Assembly (NCBI GenBank): GCA_964016885.1
Contig: OZ024747.1
Location: forward strand, 30,814,001-30,878,000
Origin: Eledone cirrhosa
Lineage: Eukaryota
Direction of reading: 5' to 3'
DNA: 64,000 nucleotides
Shown: in pieces, positions 12,653 to 25,184 of the stretch
Position numbering within the stretch: the stretch's first letter is position 1
Layout: the number at the start of each line of letters is the position of its first letter
Program-made: the position numbers and the translations under genes
Notes under the pieces: model-generated
What the model was told of the DNA's origin: nothing
Databases searched by the model: none
What the model saw: only the letters and a program-made list of their open reading frames with translations

Positions 12653-13584
12653 TTAAGATGACCCCCACACCCCTCCTTTTTCTGTTTGGTAAGGGTGAAA
12701 CGATTAAAAGCTCATCTAATCATCACTATCATCATCATTATATGTTCACTTTCCCTGTTAGGAAGGGTTGGATTGGACTACATAGATCAAGTCAGTACTG
12801 AAGTGATGCTGTTGACTTCCCAGACAGATCATGAGGTCTGCATTTTCCTTATGTACAGTCATATGTTCTATCGAGTGTAAAAAATTGTTGCGTCTTTTAA
12901 CATATCTGTATATAAAGTAAGGCAATGTGCTACTGCTTCTGCCAATTCAACCAGATAACCATTTGAAATATTTACTTCTAACATTCTATATAACTAAGCC
13001 ATGGATTTTGAAAGAAAAGAGGTACACTCAGTTATATCAATCTCCAGTATTTGACTGGTATTTGCATTGTTTGACCCTCAAAGGATGAAAGACAAAACGG
13101 AAATTATATTGATTTAAATATGGAGTGTAAAAAATATAGTAATTAAATATCACAAGATATTACATCTGTCACTCTACCGATTCTGTTAGTCTGTTTCCTT
13201 TATCCATCAATTATACTAAAACCTTTTTACTGCTTATTTTTGCCTGTAGTTTGATAATGGTAGTTAATGTATGCATGAATATGCAGCAAGATGGTTGTCT
13301 AACATTACAAATAAAATTGAGATGCAGAAATGTGTTAGAACATATGCCAATATTAGGGATTATTTTTGAAATAAATATGCTAAGTGTTATCTAGCTTGGA
13401 GCTATTCTAAATTGCCATTTTATATGCTATAAGAAATGAATGAAACTTTGAATTTTGTTTACTGTCTTTCTTTAGTTATGTGAGTGTGTGTGTATATCTG
13501 TGTATGTATCTGTGTGTCTGAATCTATGTTATTGTTACAAAGTCATCTACTTGAACAGGATTATGCTATCACAATTAAGAAAGT

Positions 13585-13752
13585 TGGACAAATGCTTAGC
13601 AGCATTTATTTTGGCACTTTACTTTCTAAGTTCAAATTCCATCAAGGTCAACTTTGCCTTCCTACCAATCAAGTACTGGGGTGAATATTATTGATATTTC
13701 CTAGCACCCCCCCCCCCAATTGCTGGCCTTGCACTAAAACTAGAAATAATTA
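13585..13752 (+). mobile_element. Diverged SINE (family A)
   Basis: gttcaaattcc..ggtcaactttgcctt...tgctggccttg...agaaataattatt. Confidence 0.6.
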
Positions 13753-15305
13753 TTCATCAGTTCTAAGGAATAACCTTTCTGCCTTTGAATATATACAGGA
13801 GTCTCTAAATTGCCAGGTAACCTGCTAGAAACGGCAGTCAAACTTCTCTCAAATTACATCCTATTTACTTACAAAATGAGGTGTTTTTGTTCTTGGATAC
13901 ACCAAGTCTGAATAAAAGACAGGATGATCAGACTACAATGCATTTGATTATCATATACAATCCAATCTAGAGTCTTCTGACTCCTTCATGTTGGAGGAAC
14001 TTCTCCCTGGGTGACCTCCACCACTTTTGGTTTTTGTTATGTATTCAGGAGTGTAGTCAAATTCACAACACTTAGACAATTGCGGGTTGATGAAGCTATT
14101 TAATCCATATTTAGGGCGAATGGCCATTAACTCGGAGGAGTTCATCTGTACATTTTTAACAACTCTTGCTTTTGTGCTGCTGGGGTTCTATTTACCCTCC
14201 TCACCAGGCCAGGGTCTGGTGGTGGAGCCAGTCTAGTCACCAACCACTCAAACCATAGTTCCTAAGTTATGGCATATGTCCCATAAGGGAAAAATTTGGG
14301 GTGGAGGTAATTTAACACCAAACGACCACTTGACCATGATCATCATAAACATCTACTTAATCATGGCTGTCTTGGGACTAAATGTTGATAAAACAAGCCA
14401 GCAATATTTGTAGTGTCAATTTAGAGATAGAAATAGGTTTTTAAAGGAAAATATGGCTACTATATTGAACAGATGATGAAAATAACCAGACCATCAAGAA
14501 TTGGCTGATGTGTGTCAATGAAAAAGAGAATGTGTATCTGTTTGGGTGTGCATGCATATATGTGCATGCATGCATATATGTGTATATGCATGCACATATG
14601 TGTGTCTGTATGAATATATATGTGAGAGTGTGTGTAGTATGTGCGTGCTTGCGTACATATGTGTGTGCATGGGTACATGTGCTGGTGTGTGTGTATGTGT
14701 TGGTGTTTGTAGAATGAGTGTGTCTAATATGTGTGTCTTGTATATTTGTGCATGCATACATGTGTGTATACAACTTTACTAGTGCTCAAAATGCATCTCA
14801 ATAAAGATCTGCCACAATATATGTTCTGGATATCAACAATCATTTCATTATATACATGAAGATGAAATGAATTATGGCTTTCTCATGATATTCATTTCTT
14901 TTTCAAAGCAACAAAAAGAAACTAATGTAGAACACCGGATTAAATTTCAAATTAGAAATTTACAACTCTTTATGAGGAAAAGTTCAAGCAGTATTATATA
15001 TATAGATATATCTTTTTTTTTTCTTCAAAATATAGCTTTTCCAATTTGAAGTTTATTCACATAAGACAAGATACAGATATTTGCAGTAGGAGTCTAAAGT
15101 TTTAATATGAAAGATGCATATATTGTCTTATTAGATTTACTTTTCAGTTGGAGGAATTCATACGAAAATCATTATCAGACTTGGTCTTAAAAGTTTTATC
15201 CGATAGAAGAAATTCTTTTTATTTAAAAAAAATAATATATAGATGGCTTCATGAGATAAACGCTTTCATAGTTTAACATACATCCATACATGCACAGACA
15301 CAGAC

Positions 15306-15336
<31 letters not shown>

Positions 15337-15601
15337 AACGGAAAAAATGAAGCGAAATTTCATTTCTCACTTTTAGTACGGCTGTTACTTAAATATAAGT
15401 ATGTATACGTACATGCATATATGTATGCAGACGTACAGTAGTATGTATATATATATATACATGCACACATATATATATGTACGTATGGATTCACCGAACA
15501 TTTATTATAATGCTCGGTGTGATTGTAAACAAACATCCCAAATTAAGCCGTACAGTGTCTAGCAACCATCGTTGCTCATTTGTTCAACACTGACAAAGGA
15601 A

Positions 15602-15642
15602 CGCTGTACTAGTTTCAAGCTTATTAGCTATCGTCAGCAATG
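15602..15642 (-). ncRNA. Minimal type I hammerhead ribozyme
   Basis: Minus strand reads cattg-CTGACGA-tagct aata agct t-GAAA-ctag-TA-cagcg. Confidence 0.8.
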
Positions 15643-16033
15643 TATACCTTCCTGCCAGATGATTGGACGTCTGAAAGTATATACTTTCCTTATGCATATT
15701 AACGGCTGAGCTGCCTAATTTGCATATCGAGTGAGTTAATCAGCCCGGGTACCGAAAACGATAATGGAAAAAATGAAACGAAATTACATTTCTCACTCTT
15801 AGTATGACTGTTACTTAAATATAAGTATGTATACGTACATACATATATGTATACAGACGTACAGTAGTATGTATATATATATATACATACATGCACACAT
15901 ATATATATATGTACGTATGGATTCACCGAACATTTATTATAATGCTCGGTGTGTTTGTAAACAAACATCCCGCATTAAGCCGTACAGTGTCTAGCAACCA
16001 TCGTTGCTCATTTGTTCAACACTGACAAAGGAA

Positions 16034-16074
16034 CGCTGTACTAGTTTCAAGCTTATTAGCTATCGTCAGCAACG
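16034..16074 (-). ncRNA. Minimal type I hammerhead ribozyme
   Basis: Minus strand reads cgttg-CTGACGA-tagct aata agct t-GAAA-ctag-TA-cagcg; core intact. Confidence 0.88.
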
Positions 16075-16493
16075 TATACCTTCCTGCCAGATGATTGAAC
16101 GTCTGAAAGTATATACTTTCCTTATGCATATTAATGGCTGAGCAGCCTAATTTGCATATCGAATGAGTTAATCGGCCGGGGTACCGAAAACGATAACGGA
16201 AAAATGAAACGAAATTTCATTTCTCACTCTTAGTACGACTGTTGCTTAAATATAAGTATGTATACGTACATACATATATGTATACAGACGTACAGTAGTA
16301 TATATATATATACATACATGCACACATATATATATGTACGTATGGATTCACCGAACATTTATTATAATGCTCGGTGTGTTTGTAAACAAACATCCCGAAT
16401 TAAGCCGTATTATACACCGAGCATTATAATAAATGTTTGTATATATATATACATACTACTTTCAGATGTTCAATCATCTGGCAGGAAGGTATA

Positions 16494-16534
16494 CGTTGCT
16501 GATGATAGCTAATAAGCTTGAAACTAGTACAGCG
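16494..16534 (+). ncRNA. Minimal type I hammerhead ribozyme
   Basis: cgttg-CTGATGA-tagct aata agct t-GAAA-ctag-TA-cagcg; core intact. Confidence 0.88.
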
Positions 16535-16922
16535 TTCCTTTGTCAGTGTTGAACAAATGAGCAACGATGGTTACTAGATACTGTACAGCTTAATTCGGGA
16601 TGTTTGTTTACAAACACCGAGCATTATAATAAATGTTCGGTGAATCCATACGTACATATATATATATGTGTGCATGTATGTATATATATATACATACTAC
16701 TGTATGTCTGTATACATATATGTATGTACATATACATACTTATATTTAAGTAACAGCCGTACTAAGAGTGAGAAATGAAATTTCGTTTCATTTTTTCCGT
16801 TTATCGTTTTCGGTACCCTGGCCGATTAACTCACTCGATATGCAAATTAGGCTGCTGAGCCGTTAATATGCATAAGGAAAGTATACACTTTCATACATTC
16901 AATCATCTGGCAGGAAGGTATA

Positions 16923-16963
16923 CGTTGCTGGCGATAGCTAATAAGCTTGAAACTAGTACAGCG
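16923..16963 (+). ncRNA. Hammerhead copy with a mutated core (CTGGCGA)
   Basis: Same fold as 16494-16534 but A6>G. Confidence 0.7.
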
Positions 16964-17148
16964 TTCCTTTGTCAGTGTTGAACAAATGAGTAATGATGGT
17001 TGCTAGACACTGTACGGCTTAATTTGGGATGTTTGTTTACAAAAACACCGAGCATTATAATAAATATTCGGTGAATCCATACGTACATATATATATGAGC
17101 GCATGTATGTATACATACTACTGTACGTCTGTATACATATATGTATGT

Positions 17149-17417
17149 GGGACTGGCTTTGTGCAGTGCCTTTGCTCACTATAAAAGCTTCACGGCACAG
17201 GCATTGCTTTATATCTGGAGATCTCTCTGCACTTGTCGTCACATGGTACCATGGGCCCAGCACTATGTGTCAACAATTGTCACAAGTGTAGTGTTTGTAC
17301 CAGAGTTTTCAAGTCGCTGGCTGGACTAAAAAGTCATAGTCGTTCAGCGCATCGGTAGGGGTTCTCTTACATGGATATAAAGTAGTGGCCGTACTCGAAA
17401 ACGAGTTGGCAGCCACC
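17149..17417 (+). mobile_element. RTE LINE 3' end inserted into the retrozyme-like array
   Basis: Encodes HKCSVCTRVFKSLAGLKSHSRSAHR* (C2H2-like, 17281-17358); tail resembles 43250-43288; ATGT duplicated on both sides. Confidence 0.75.
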
Positions 17418-17433
17418 ATGTACGTATACATAC

Positions 17434-17466
<33 letters not shown>

Positions 17467-18117
17467 TACATATACATATATATATATACACATATATACA
17501 TATTCATATATATATACACATACATTTGAGCAGATTCCTATTTAATTCCTCTTAACGGAATACTAAAATGGAATTCAATTTGTTAAAGATGTGACATATG
17601 TATAGCCAACAGGTTTGATCCATTATTATAGAGAGAAGTAATGTTTTGCTGCTTCTGTTAGTTGACATAATTATATTTGTTGTATATTTTACAAAAGTAA
17701 AGATTTTAAATATTTCAGTGCACTTCAGACCTCTCAAATGTAACATACATTCAGACATTATATTTATGTAATATTATAGTCTATTACATCATTCAAATGA
17801 TATTATTTTCAATTGGCTCTGCTTGTTGAGATCACATTTTTTTTATTTTCTGAGAGCTTAACTTATTTAAAATTCATTTCAAACCTGTTTTATACATATT
17901 ATTTTCAGAAATAACTCTTTTCATATAAAAAGCAATTAAAAAAAATTTTAATTGCTAATTGTCTTTTTATGTTGGAAATTTCAATGTGTTTCTTAAGATA
18001 AATTTAAAAAAAAAGATATTCTTATTATTGATGTGGTGTATGTAGTGTATCCCTTGTTTCTATATATATATATGTGATATCTCAGTGACTAGAACATAGA
18101 CTCTCAAACTGGAGATT

Positions 18118-21100
18118 TGCTTTAGTCAACAACCGGCATCAGACAAGCTGGGGCCAGTGTGTGCTCTTGTCAACAACCAACATCAGACAAGCTGGAGCCA
18201 AGGTGTGCTCTTGTCAACAACCGACATCAGACAAGCTGGAGCCAGGGTGTGCTCTTGTCAACAACCAACATCAGGCAAGCTGGGGCCAAGGTGTGCTCTT
18301 ATCAACAACCAACATCAGAGAAGCTGGGGCCAGGCTGTGCTCTTGTCAACAACCAACATCAGGCAAGCTGGGGCCAAGGTGTGCTCTTGTCAACAACCAA
18401 CATCAGGCAAGCTGGGGCCAAGGTGTGCTCTTGTCAACAACTGACATCAGACAAGCTGGGGCCAGGCTGTGCTCTTGTCAACAACCAACATCAGGCAAGC
18501 TGGGGCCAAGGTGTGCTCTTGTCAACAACCGACATCAGACAAGCTGGAGCCAGGGTGTGCTCTTGTCAACAACCAACATCAGGCAAGCTGGGGCCAAGGT
18601 GTGCTCTTGTCAACAACTGACATCAGACAAGCTGGAGCCAGGCTGTGCTCTTGTCAACAACTGACATCAGACAAGCTGGGGCCAAGGCGTGCTCATGTCA
18701 ACAACTGACAGAAAAGCTGGGGTCAAGGTGTGCTCTTGTCAACAACCGACATCAGACAAGCTGGGGCCAAGGTGTGCTCTTGTCAACAACCGACATCAGA
18801 CAAGCTGGGGCCAGGGTGTGCTCTTGTCAACACCCAACATCAGACAAACTGGAGCCAGGGTTTGCTCTTGTCAACAACCGACATCAGACAAGCTTGGGCC
18901 AAGGTGTGCTTTAGTCAACAACCGACATCAGACAAGCTGGGGCCAGGGTGTGCTCTTGTCAACACCCGGCATCAGACAAACTGGAGACAGGGTGTGCTCT
19001 TGTCAACAACCGACATCAGACAAGCTGGGCCAGAGTGTGCTCTTGTCAACAAATGACATCAGACAAGCTGGAGCCAAGGTGTACTCTTATCAACAACCAA
19101 CATCAGAGAAGCTGGGGCCAAGGCGTGCTTTAGTCAACAACCGACATCAGACGAGCTGGGGCCAAGTGTGCTTTAGTTAACAACCGATATCAGACAAACT
19201 GGGACCAAGGTGTGCTCTTGTCAACAACCGAAATCAGAGAAGCTGGGGCCAAGGTGTGCTCTTGTCAACAACTGACATCAGAGAAGCTGGGGCCAAGGTG
19301 TGCTTTAGTCAACAACCGACATCAGACAAGCTGGGCCAGAGTGTGCTCTTGTCAACAACTGACATCAGACTAGCTGGTGCCAAGGTGTGCTCTTGTCAAC
19401 AACCAACATCAGACACGCTGGGCCAGAGTGTGCTCTTGTCAACAACTGACATTAGACAATCTGGGGCCAGGGTGTGCTCTTGTCAACAACCGACATCAGA
19501 CAAGCTGGGGCCAAGGTGTGTTCTTGTCAACAACCAACATCAGACAAGCTGGAGCCAAGGCGTGATCTTGTCAACAACCAACATCAGACAAGCTGGGCCA
19601 GAGTGTGCTCTTGTCAACAACTGACATTAGACAATCTGGGGCCAGGGTGTGCTCTTGTCAACAACCGACATCAGACAAGCTAGGGCCAAGGTGTGCTCTT
19701 GTCAACAACCAACATCAGACAAGCTGGAGCCAAGGCGTGATCTTGTCAACAACCGACATCAGACAAACTGGGCTCAAGGTGTGCTTTAGTCAACAACCTA
19801 CATCAGACAAGCTGGGGCCAAGATGTGCTCTTGTCAACAACTGACATCAGAGAAGCGGGGGTCAATGTGTGCTTTAGTCAACAAGCGACATCAGACAAGC
19901 TGGGGCGGGGTGTGCTCTTGTCAACAACCAACATCAGACAAGCTGGGGCCAGGGTGTGCTGATGTTAACAGCTGGCATCAGAGAAGCTGGGGCCAAGGTG
20001 TTCTCGTCAACAACCAACATCAGACAAGCTGGGGCCAGGGTGTGCTCTTGTCAACAACTGACATCAGACAAGTTGGGGCCAAGGTGTGCTCTTGTCAATA
20101 ACCGACATCAGACGGGCTGGAGCCAAGTGTGCTTTAGTTAACAACCAACATCAGACAAGCTGGGGCCAAGGTGTGCTCTTGTCAACAAATGACATCCGAC
20201 AAGCTGGGGCCAGGGTGTGCTCTTGTCAACACCCGACATCAGACAAGCTGGGGTCAGGGTGTGCTCTTGTCAACAACCGACATCAGACAGGCTGGAACCA
20301 AGGTGTGCTCTTGTCAACAACTGACATTAGACAAGCTGGGGTCAAGGTGTGCTTTAGTCAACAACCGACATCAGAGAAGCTGGGGCCAAGGAGTGCTCTT
20401 GTCAAAAACCGACATCAGACAAGCTGGGGCCAAGGTGTGCTCTTGTCAACAACCGACATCAGACGAGCTGGGTCCAAGTGTGCTTTAGTTAACAACCGAC
20501 ATCAGACAAGCTGGGGACAAGGTGTGCTCTTGTCAACAACCGACATCAGACAAGCTGGGGGCAAGTGTGCTTTAGTCAACAACCGACATCAGACAAGATG
20601 GGACCAAGTGTGCTCTTGTCAACAACCGACATCAGACAAGCTGGGGCCAAGGTGTGTTCTTGTCAACAACCGACATCAGACAAGCTGGGGCCAGGGTGTG
20701 CTCTTGTCAACAACCAGCATCAGACAAGCTGGGGCCAAGGCGTGCTCTAGTCACACAACTGACATCAGACAAGCTGGGGTCAGGCGTGCTCTTGTCAACA
20801 ACTGACATCAGACAATCTGGGGTCAAGGCGTGATCTTGTCAACAACTGACATCAGACAATCTGGGGTCAAGGTGTGCTCTTGTCAACAACCGATATCAGA
20901 CAAGCTGGTGCCAATGTGTGCTTTAGTCAACAACCGACAAAGACAAGCTGGGGCCAGGGTGTGCTCTTGTCAACAACCGACATCAGACAAGCTGGGACCA
21001 AGGTGTGCTTTAGTCAACAACTGACATCAGACAAGGTAGGGCCAAGGTGTGCTCTTGTCAACAAGCGACATCAGATAAGCTGGGGCCAAGGCGTGATCTT

Positions 21101-21675
21101 GTCAACAACCAACATCAGACAAGCTGGAGCCAAGGTGTGCTCTTGTCAACAACCGACATCAGACAAGCTGGGGCCAAGGCATGCTCATGTCAACAACCGA
21201 CATCAGACAAGCTGGGGTCAGGGTGTGCTCTTGTCAACAACCGACATCAGACAGGCTGGAACCAAGATGTGCTCTTGTCAACAACTGACATTAGACAAGC
21301 TGGGGTCAAGGTGTGCTTTAGTCAACAACCGACATCAGACAAGCTGGGGTCAATGTGTGCTTTAGTCAACAACCGACAAAGACAATCTGGGGCCAGGGTC
21401 TGCTCTTGTCAACAACCGACATCAGACAAGCTGGGGCCAAGGTGTGCTCTTGTCAACAACCGACATCAGACAAGCTGGGGCCAAGGTGTGCTTTAGTCAA
21501 CAACTGACATCAGACAAGCTGGATCCAAGGTGTGCTGTTGTCAACAACTGACATCAGACAAGCTGGGGCCAAGGCGTGATCTTGTCAACAACTGACATCA
21601 GACAAGCTGGGGCCAAGGTGTGCCCTGGTCAACAACTGACATCAGACAAGCTGGGGCCAAGGCATGCTCTTGTCA
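18118..21675. repeat. 44-bp GC-rich minisatellite, about 80 copies
   Basis: Unit gtcaacaaccgacatcagacaagctggggccaaggtgtgctctt; no spacers. Confidence 0.97.
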
Positions 21676-21990
21676 GCCCCACCCAGATCAATCAACTGAC
21701 AAGAACCAAATGGGTATTTACAGCTACAGAAAACTCAGACTGAACTAATACGAAATATTAAGCTAAAATATGCATGATAAAATGTAGTATCTGTATTTTG
21801 TGTTTGCTACATTCATAGTAAAAGACATCTGAATGCAATGTTTCAGTTCTTTTATGATTATTAAAGACTGTGAAAAGATTTAGAGACACTTCAAAAATTC
21901 TCTGCATAATAGATTTTATAATAGTGATGATTTTGAAAAGAACCATTGGAAAGATTTGTTTTGGAGCAAAATTTCAAAACAGAACATTAA

Positions 21991-22210
21991 CCCTTTAGCA
22001 TTTAAACTGGCCATATCCGGCCAGAATTCTCTCACCTCTTTCTGTTCAAACGGGCTGTAACTGGCCGTTCATACTGACTTTAAGGTATTGTTCTCAAAAT
22101 AAATAATATCAAAATCTCATGGATTCAATATTATGTGAGATAATTATGTTAGATAAATCCTTTACCATGAAAATATAATAGTACATATGGAGTATGTAAA
22201 TGCTAAAGGA
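21991..22210 (+). mobile_element. piggyBac-type MITE
   Basis: TTAA TSDs; collinear with 4899-5118. Confidence 0.85.
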
Positions 22211-24555
22211 TTAATAATCAGGCATTTGAATAGAAGGAAAATCAGCTTGCCAGAGAAGAAGGTAATATTCTTGCTGCTAAAAGGGGCATTAATGAAGTTT
22301 TAAACCAACAGGATTCCAGACAATGTGATGTAACTAATGAGTTCATGTTTTATTACTGCATCCAATCAGTGTATTGAATAAAATAATAAAAAAGTTTTGA
22401 GATTTACTCACGTAATATATATCCGAGAAAAATATTTAATAAAATTGAGCAATAATATAAGAAAGTTCTTGCAGTAGAGTGGTGACGAATAAAGGTTTAT
22501 AAAAATAATAAAATTCTGTGAAACAATAGAATGTAGCTTGGAATTTATTGTCATAACATTTCAAATAATTGCCTACCTGATGCCCTTAACTGTTTGATAA
22601 CTCCAGCAAGTAAGGTTGAATGAATATTTTCCCTTGTAATTGTAGTCAAATCAAAGCTTCTGAGCAAAATGAAACTTGATCTTTTAGAAGCTATCATTAG
22701 AATTTGGGTACATATCACTGATTATTTAATTTGCTGCAATGCTCTCCACATCATCGATAAAACGTTAAATAATTTCAAAGTTTATAGATGTAGTAACAGC
22801 AAGGTATCTTCATCATCATTTAACATTTGTTTTCCCAGCTAGCAAAGGTTGGGCGTATTGTCGTAGACTAGTCAGTATTCAATCGAAGTTACTGACCTCC
22901 AGATGGGTCAGGGGCCTGACATACAATCCCATGGTATACTAAAAGCAATTTAACATTTCATTAATACTAAGGGAAGTTGACATGTCCTTGACACAGCTGA
23001 AGAGTCCTCCTGATAATATATTTAGTACATTTTCTATGGATGGATGCCCTTCATATCACCAACCACATTACAAAGTGTTATTGTGTGGGTTTATCATGTA
23101 GATCGCCAACACTAACAAAGTTATTATGTATTCATATATTACAGCTGACTGTAATATATGAATACATAATTTTGTTCCTTTAAGAGTTTGAAATATAAAA
23201 TTATTGAAATAAGTTGACTTTGTTGCAGCAGTAGTTTTCATAAGTTCTTAGTTTTGAAGTGTACTGCAATATTACAATAACATGTTGGCATTTGGCCATT
23301 TTTGTGTGTTTTGATCAGAAACATTTCCAAATCTAGCATCCCTACAGTGGAACATCCACCAGCACATTACAGATGTGGTTAGCTACATATCTGCAGCTTG
23401 ATGGCCAGAGGTATTTTGAGATTTATGAGTCATAATCACTAAGATAATGAAGTATTGCAAAATAGGATACTACCCCATCCAATGAGCTTTGGGCAACATT
23501 TTACTGCTAAGTCAATCCTAAGCTATGGTAGAACACATGTACAGTGTGCCATACCATGTGGTAAAACCCATATCTACATGGTCGTGAAGTGATCTAAATA
23601 CACACATACACATGTATGTATGTTTAAGGTAAATGGTATATATGAGTAAAACTGACTTATTTTAGTCAGTCTATCTTATATTCTCCCAAATCATGATTTT
23701 GGCTTACGTTCAGTGTATGTTGTGTGTGTGTGTATGTTAAATTGTACTCTAAGTAGCTGCAATATAGAATACACATCTGTACATATATAGTACAAGATTA
23801 AATGAGAGTGTCTGAATGTCTATATAAATGTTTACATTGATTATGTAAATGTATTTTCCCATAGATTGAAAAACTGTTGAACAGCCTGAATTGATTATAG
23901 ACCTTTGTTGTTCTCATATCAGAGACTGTGTACATCATTGGTCAACCATGGAGAAATATGCAATTAATGGCTTTATAAAGCCTTGTGAATGTTGCAACAG
24001 CTATGAAATAATGCTATATGAAGCAGTTAAATATTTATATATAGAATAGACTTTGCCTCTGACAACAGCATTTCTATCCATTCCCTTGTCTTTAGATTGG
24101 ATTGCCTTGGAAATGTAATCTTATTACATAAGATGCCATCTGACGCTACTACATGACTGGTTGTATGACTGAGCAATCACATAGCCATAATTGTCATTGA
24201 AATATGTATCACAGTTTTGTTGATAAAGAATTTTTTAACATCTACACCAAATTTCCCATTTTCCTTATTATAAATATATATATCTCCTTATAATATACAA
24301 CCAGCAATTTCTCTGTCTGTCTGTCCGACAGTGGAAACACGTGCACGCGTGGTTGCTATCTCTCTCCAGCTATCCCTCTCTTTTAGTCTGTCTGTTTCTC
24401 TCACTCTCACTCTTTCTCTTTGTAACACACTAACATTCCTCCCCTCTATCGCTGTGACGAATGGGGAGATGGAGGAGGAGGAGAGAGTCACTTTGTCACT
24501 TCACCTCTGCCTTTCTTTCTCTCCCCTCTCACTCCCTCATTACGTACAGACATTA

Positions 24556-24748
24556 GGGCGGTGAATTGGCAGAATCTGTAGAGAGCCGGACACCATGCTT
24601 CATAGCATGGAGTTACGTCCCTTTACGGTCTGAGTTCAAATACCACCGAGGTTAACTTTGCCTTTCATCCTCACGGGGTCGATAAAATAAAGTACCAGTA
24701 ATGTACTGGGTAATTGCTGGCCTTGTGCCAAAAGTAGAAACAATTATT
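24556..24748 (+). mobile_element. tRNA-derived SINE (family A), full length
   Basis: gggcggtgaattggcagaat head, gagttcaaatacc B box, tail gtgccaaaagtagaaacaattatt. Confidence 0.88.
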
Positions 24749-24865
24749 AGAAACATTGCTTCATTTTTACATATCTAAGCATTAGTAAAATAACTAATAA
24801 TTTCAAAAGTAATTTTTCAATTCCAATTGTTATGAACAGCAAAACATTAATAATAATTTTGTTCT

Positions 24866-25138
24866 AAGAAATATATATACATTTCTGTGTGTGTAATATA
24901 TATATATATATACACACACAGAAATATATATACATTTCTGCGTGTGTAATATATATATATATATACACACAGAAATATATATACATTTCTGTGTGTGTAA
25001 TATATATATATATACACACACAGAAATATATATATATACACACAGAAATATATATACATTTCTGTGTGTGTAATATATATATATATATACACACAGAAAT
25101 ATATATACATTTCTGTGTGTGTAATATATATATATATA
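24866..25138. repeat. ~50-bp AT-rich tandem repeat with self-complementary units
   Basis: Repeated cagaaatatatatacatttctgtgtgtgtaa(ta)n(ca)n. Confidence 0.8.
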
Positions 25139-25184
25139 CTAGCAGAAAATCACCCGGTGGGCGGTTTTCTGCTAGCAAATCTAG

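Larger units (their letters stand above)
15334..17438. mobile_element. Tandem plus inverted array of a ~430-bp hammerhead-containing monomer (retrozyme-like)
   Basis: About 2.5 head-to-tail units (period 432), then an inversion near 16410-16460 and about 2 units in the opposite orientation (period 429); one HHR per complete unit; bounded by (TA)n. Confidence 0.88.

Noticed and set aside
14441-14782. Cys/Val/His-rich ORFs (also YIYI-type ORFs at 24.8, 33.2 and 43.0 kb)
   Set aside because: Microsatellite translation artefacts
16087-16120. Second, opposite-polarity hammerhead in the monomer (cagatga...gaaagtatatactt)
   Set aside because: No stem I and a non-canonical core; cagatg/cgtctg is better explained as a simple hairpin
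18118-21675. CRISPR array or repeat-protein gene
   Set aside because: Contiguous units with no unique spacers and no cas genes; the ORFs occur in all three frames, are frequently broken, and the unit is not a multiple of 3
23864-24050. Coding exon after tttcccatag
   Set aside because: All three frames hit a stop within ~30 nt of the acceptor; no recognisable protein
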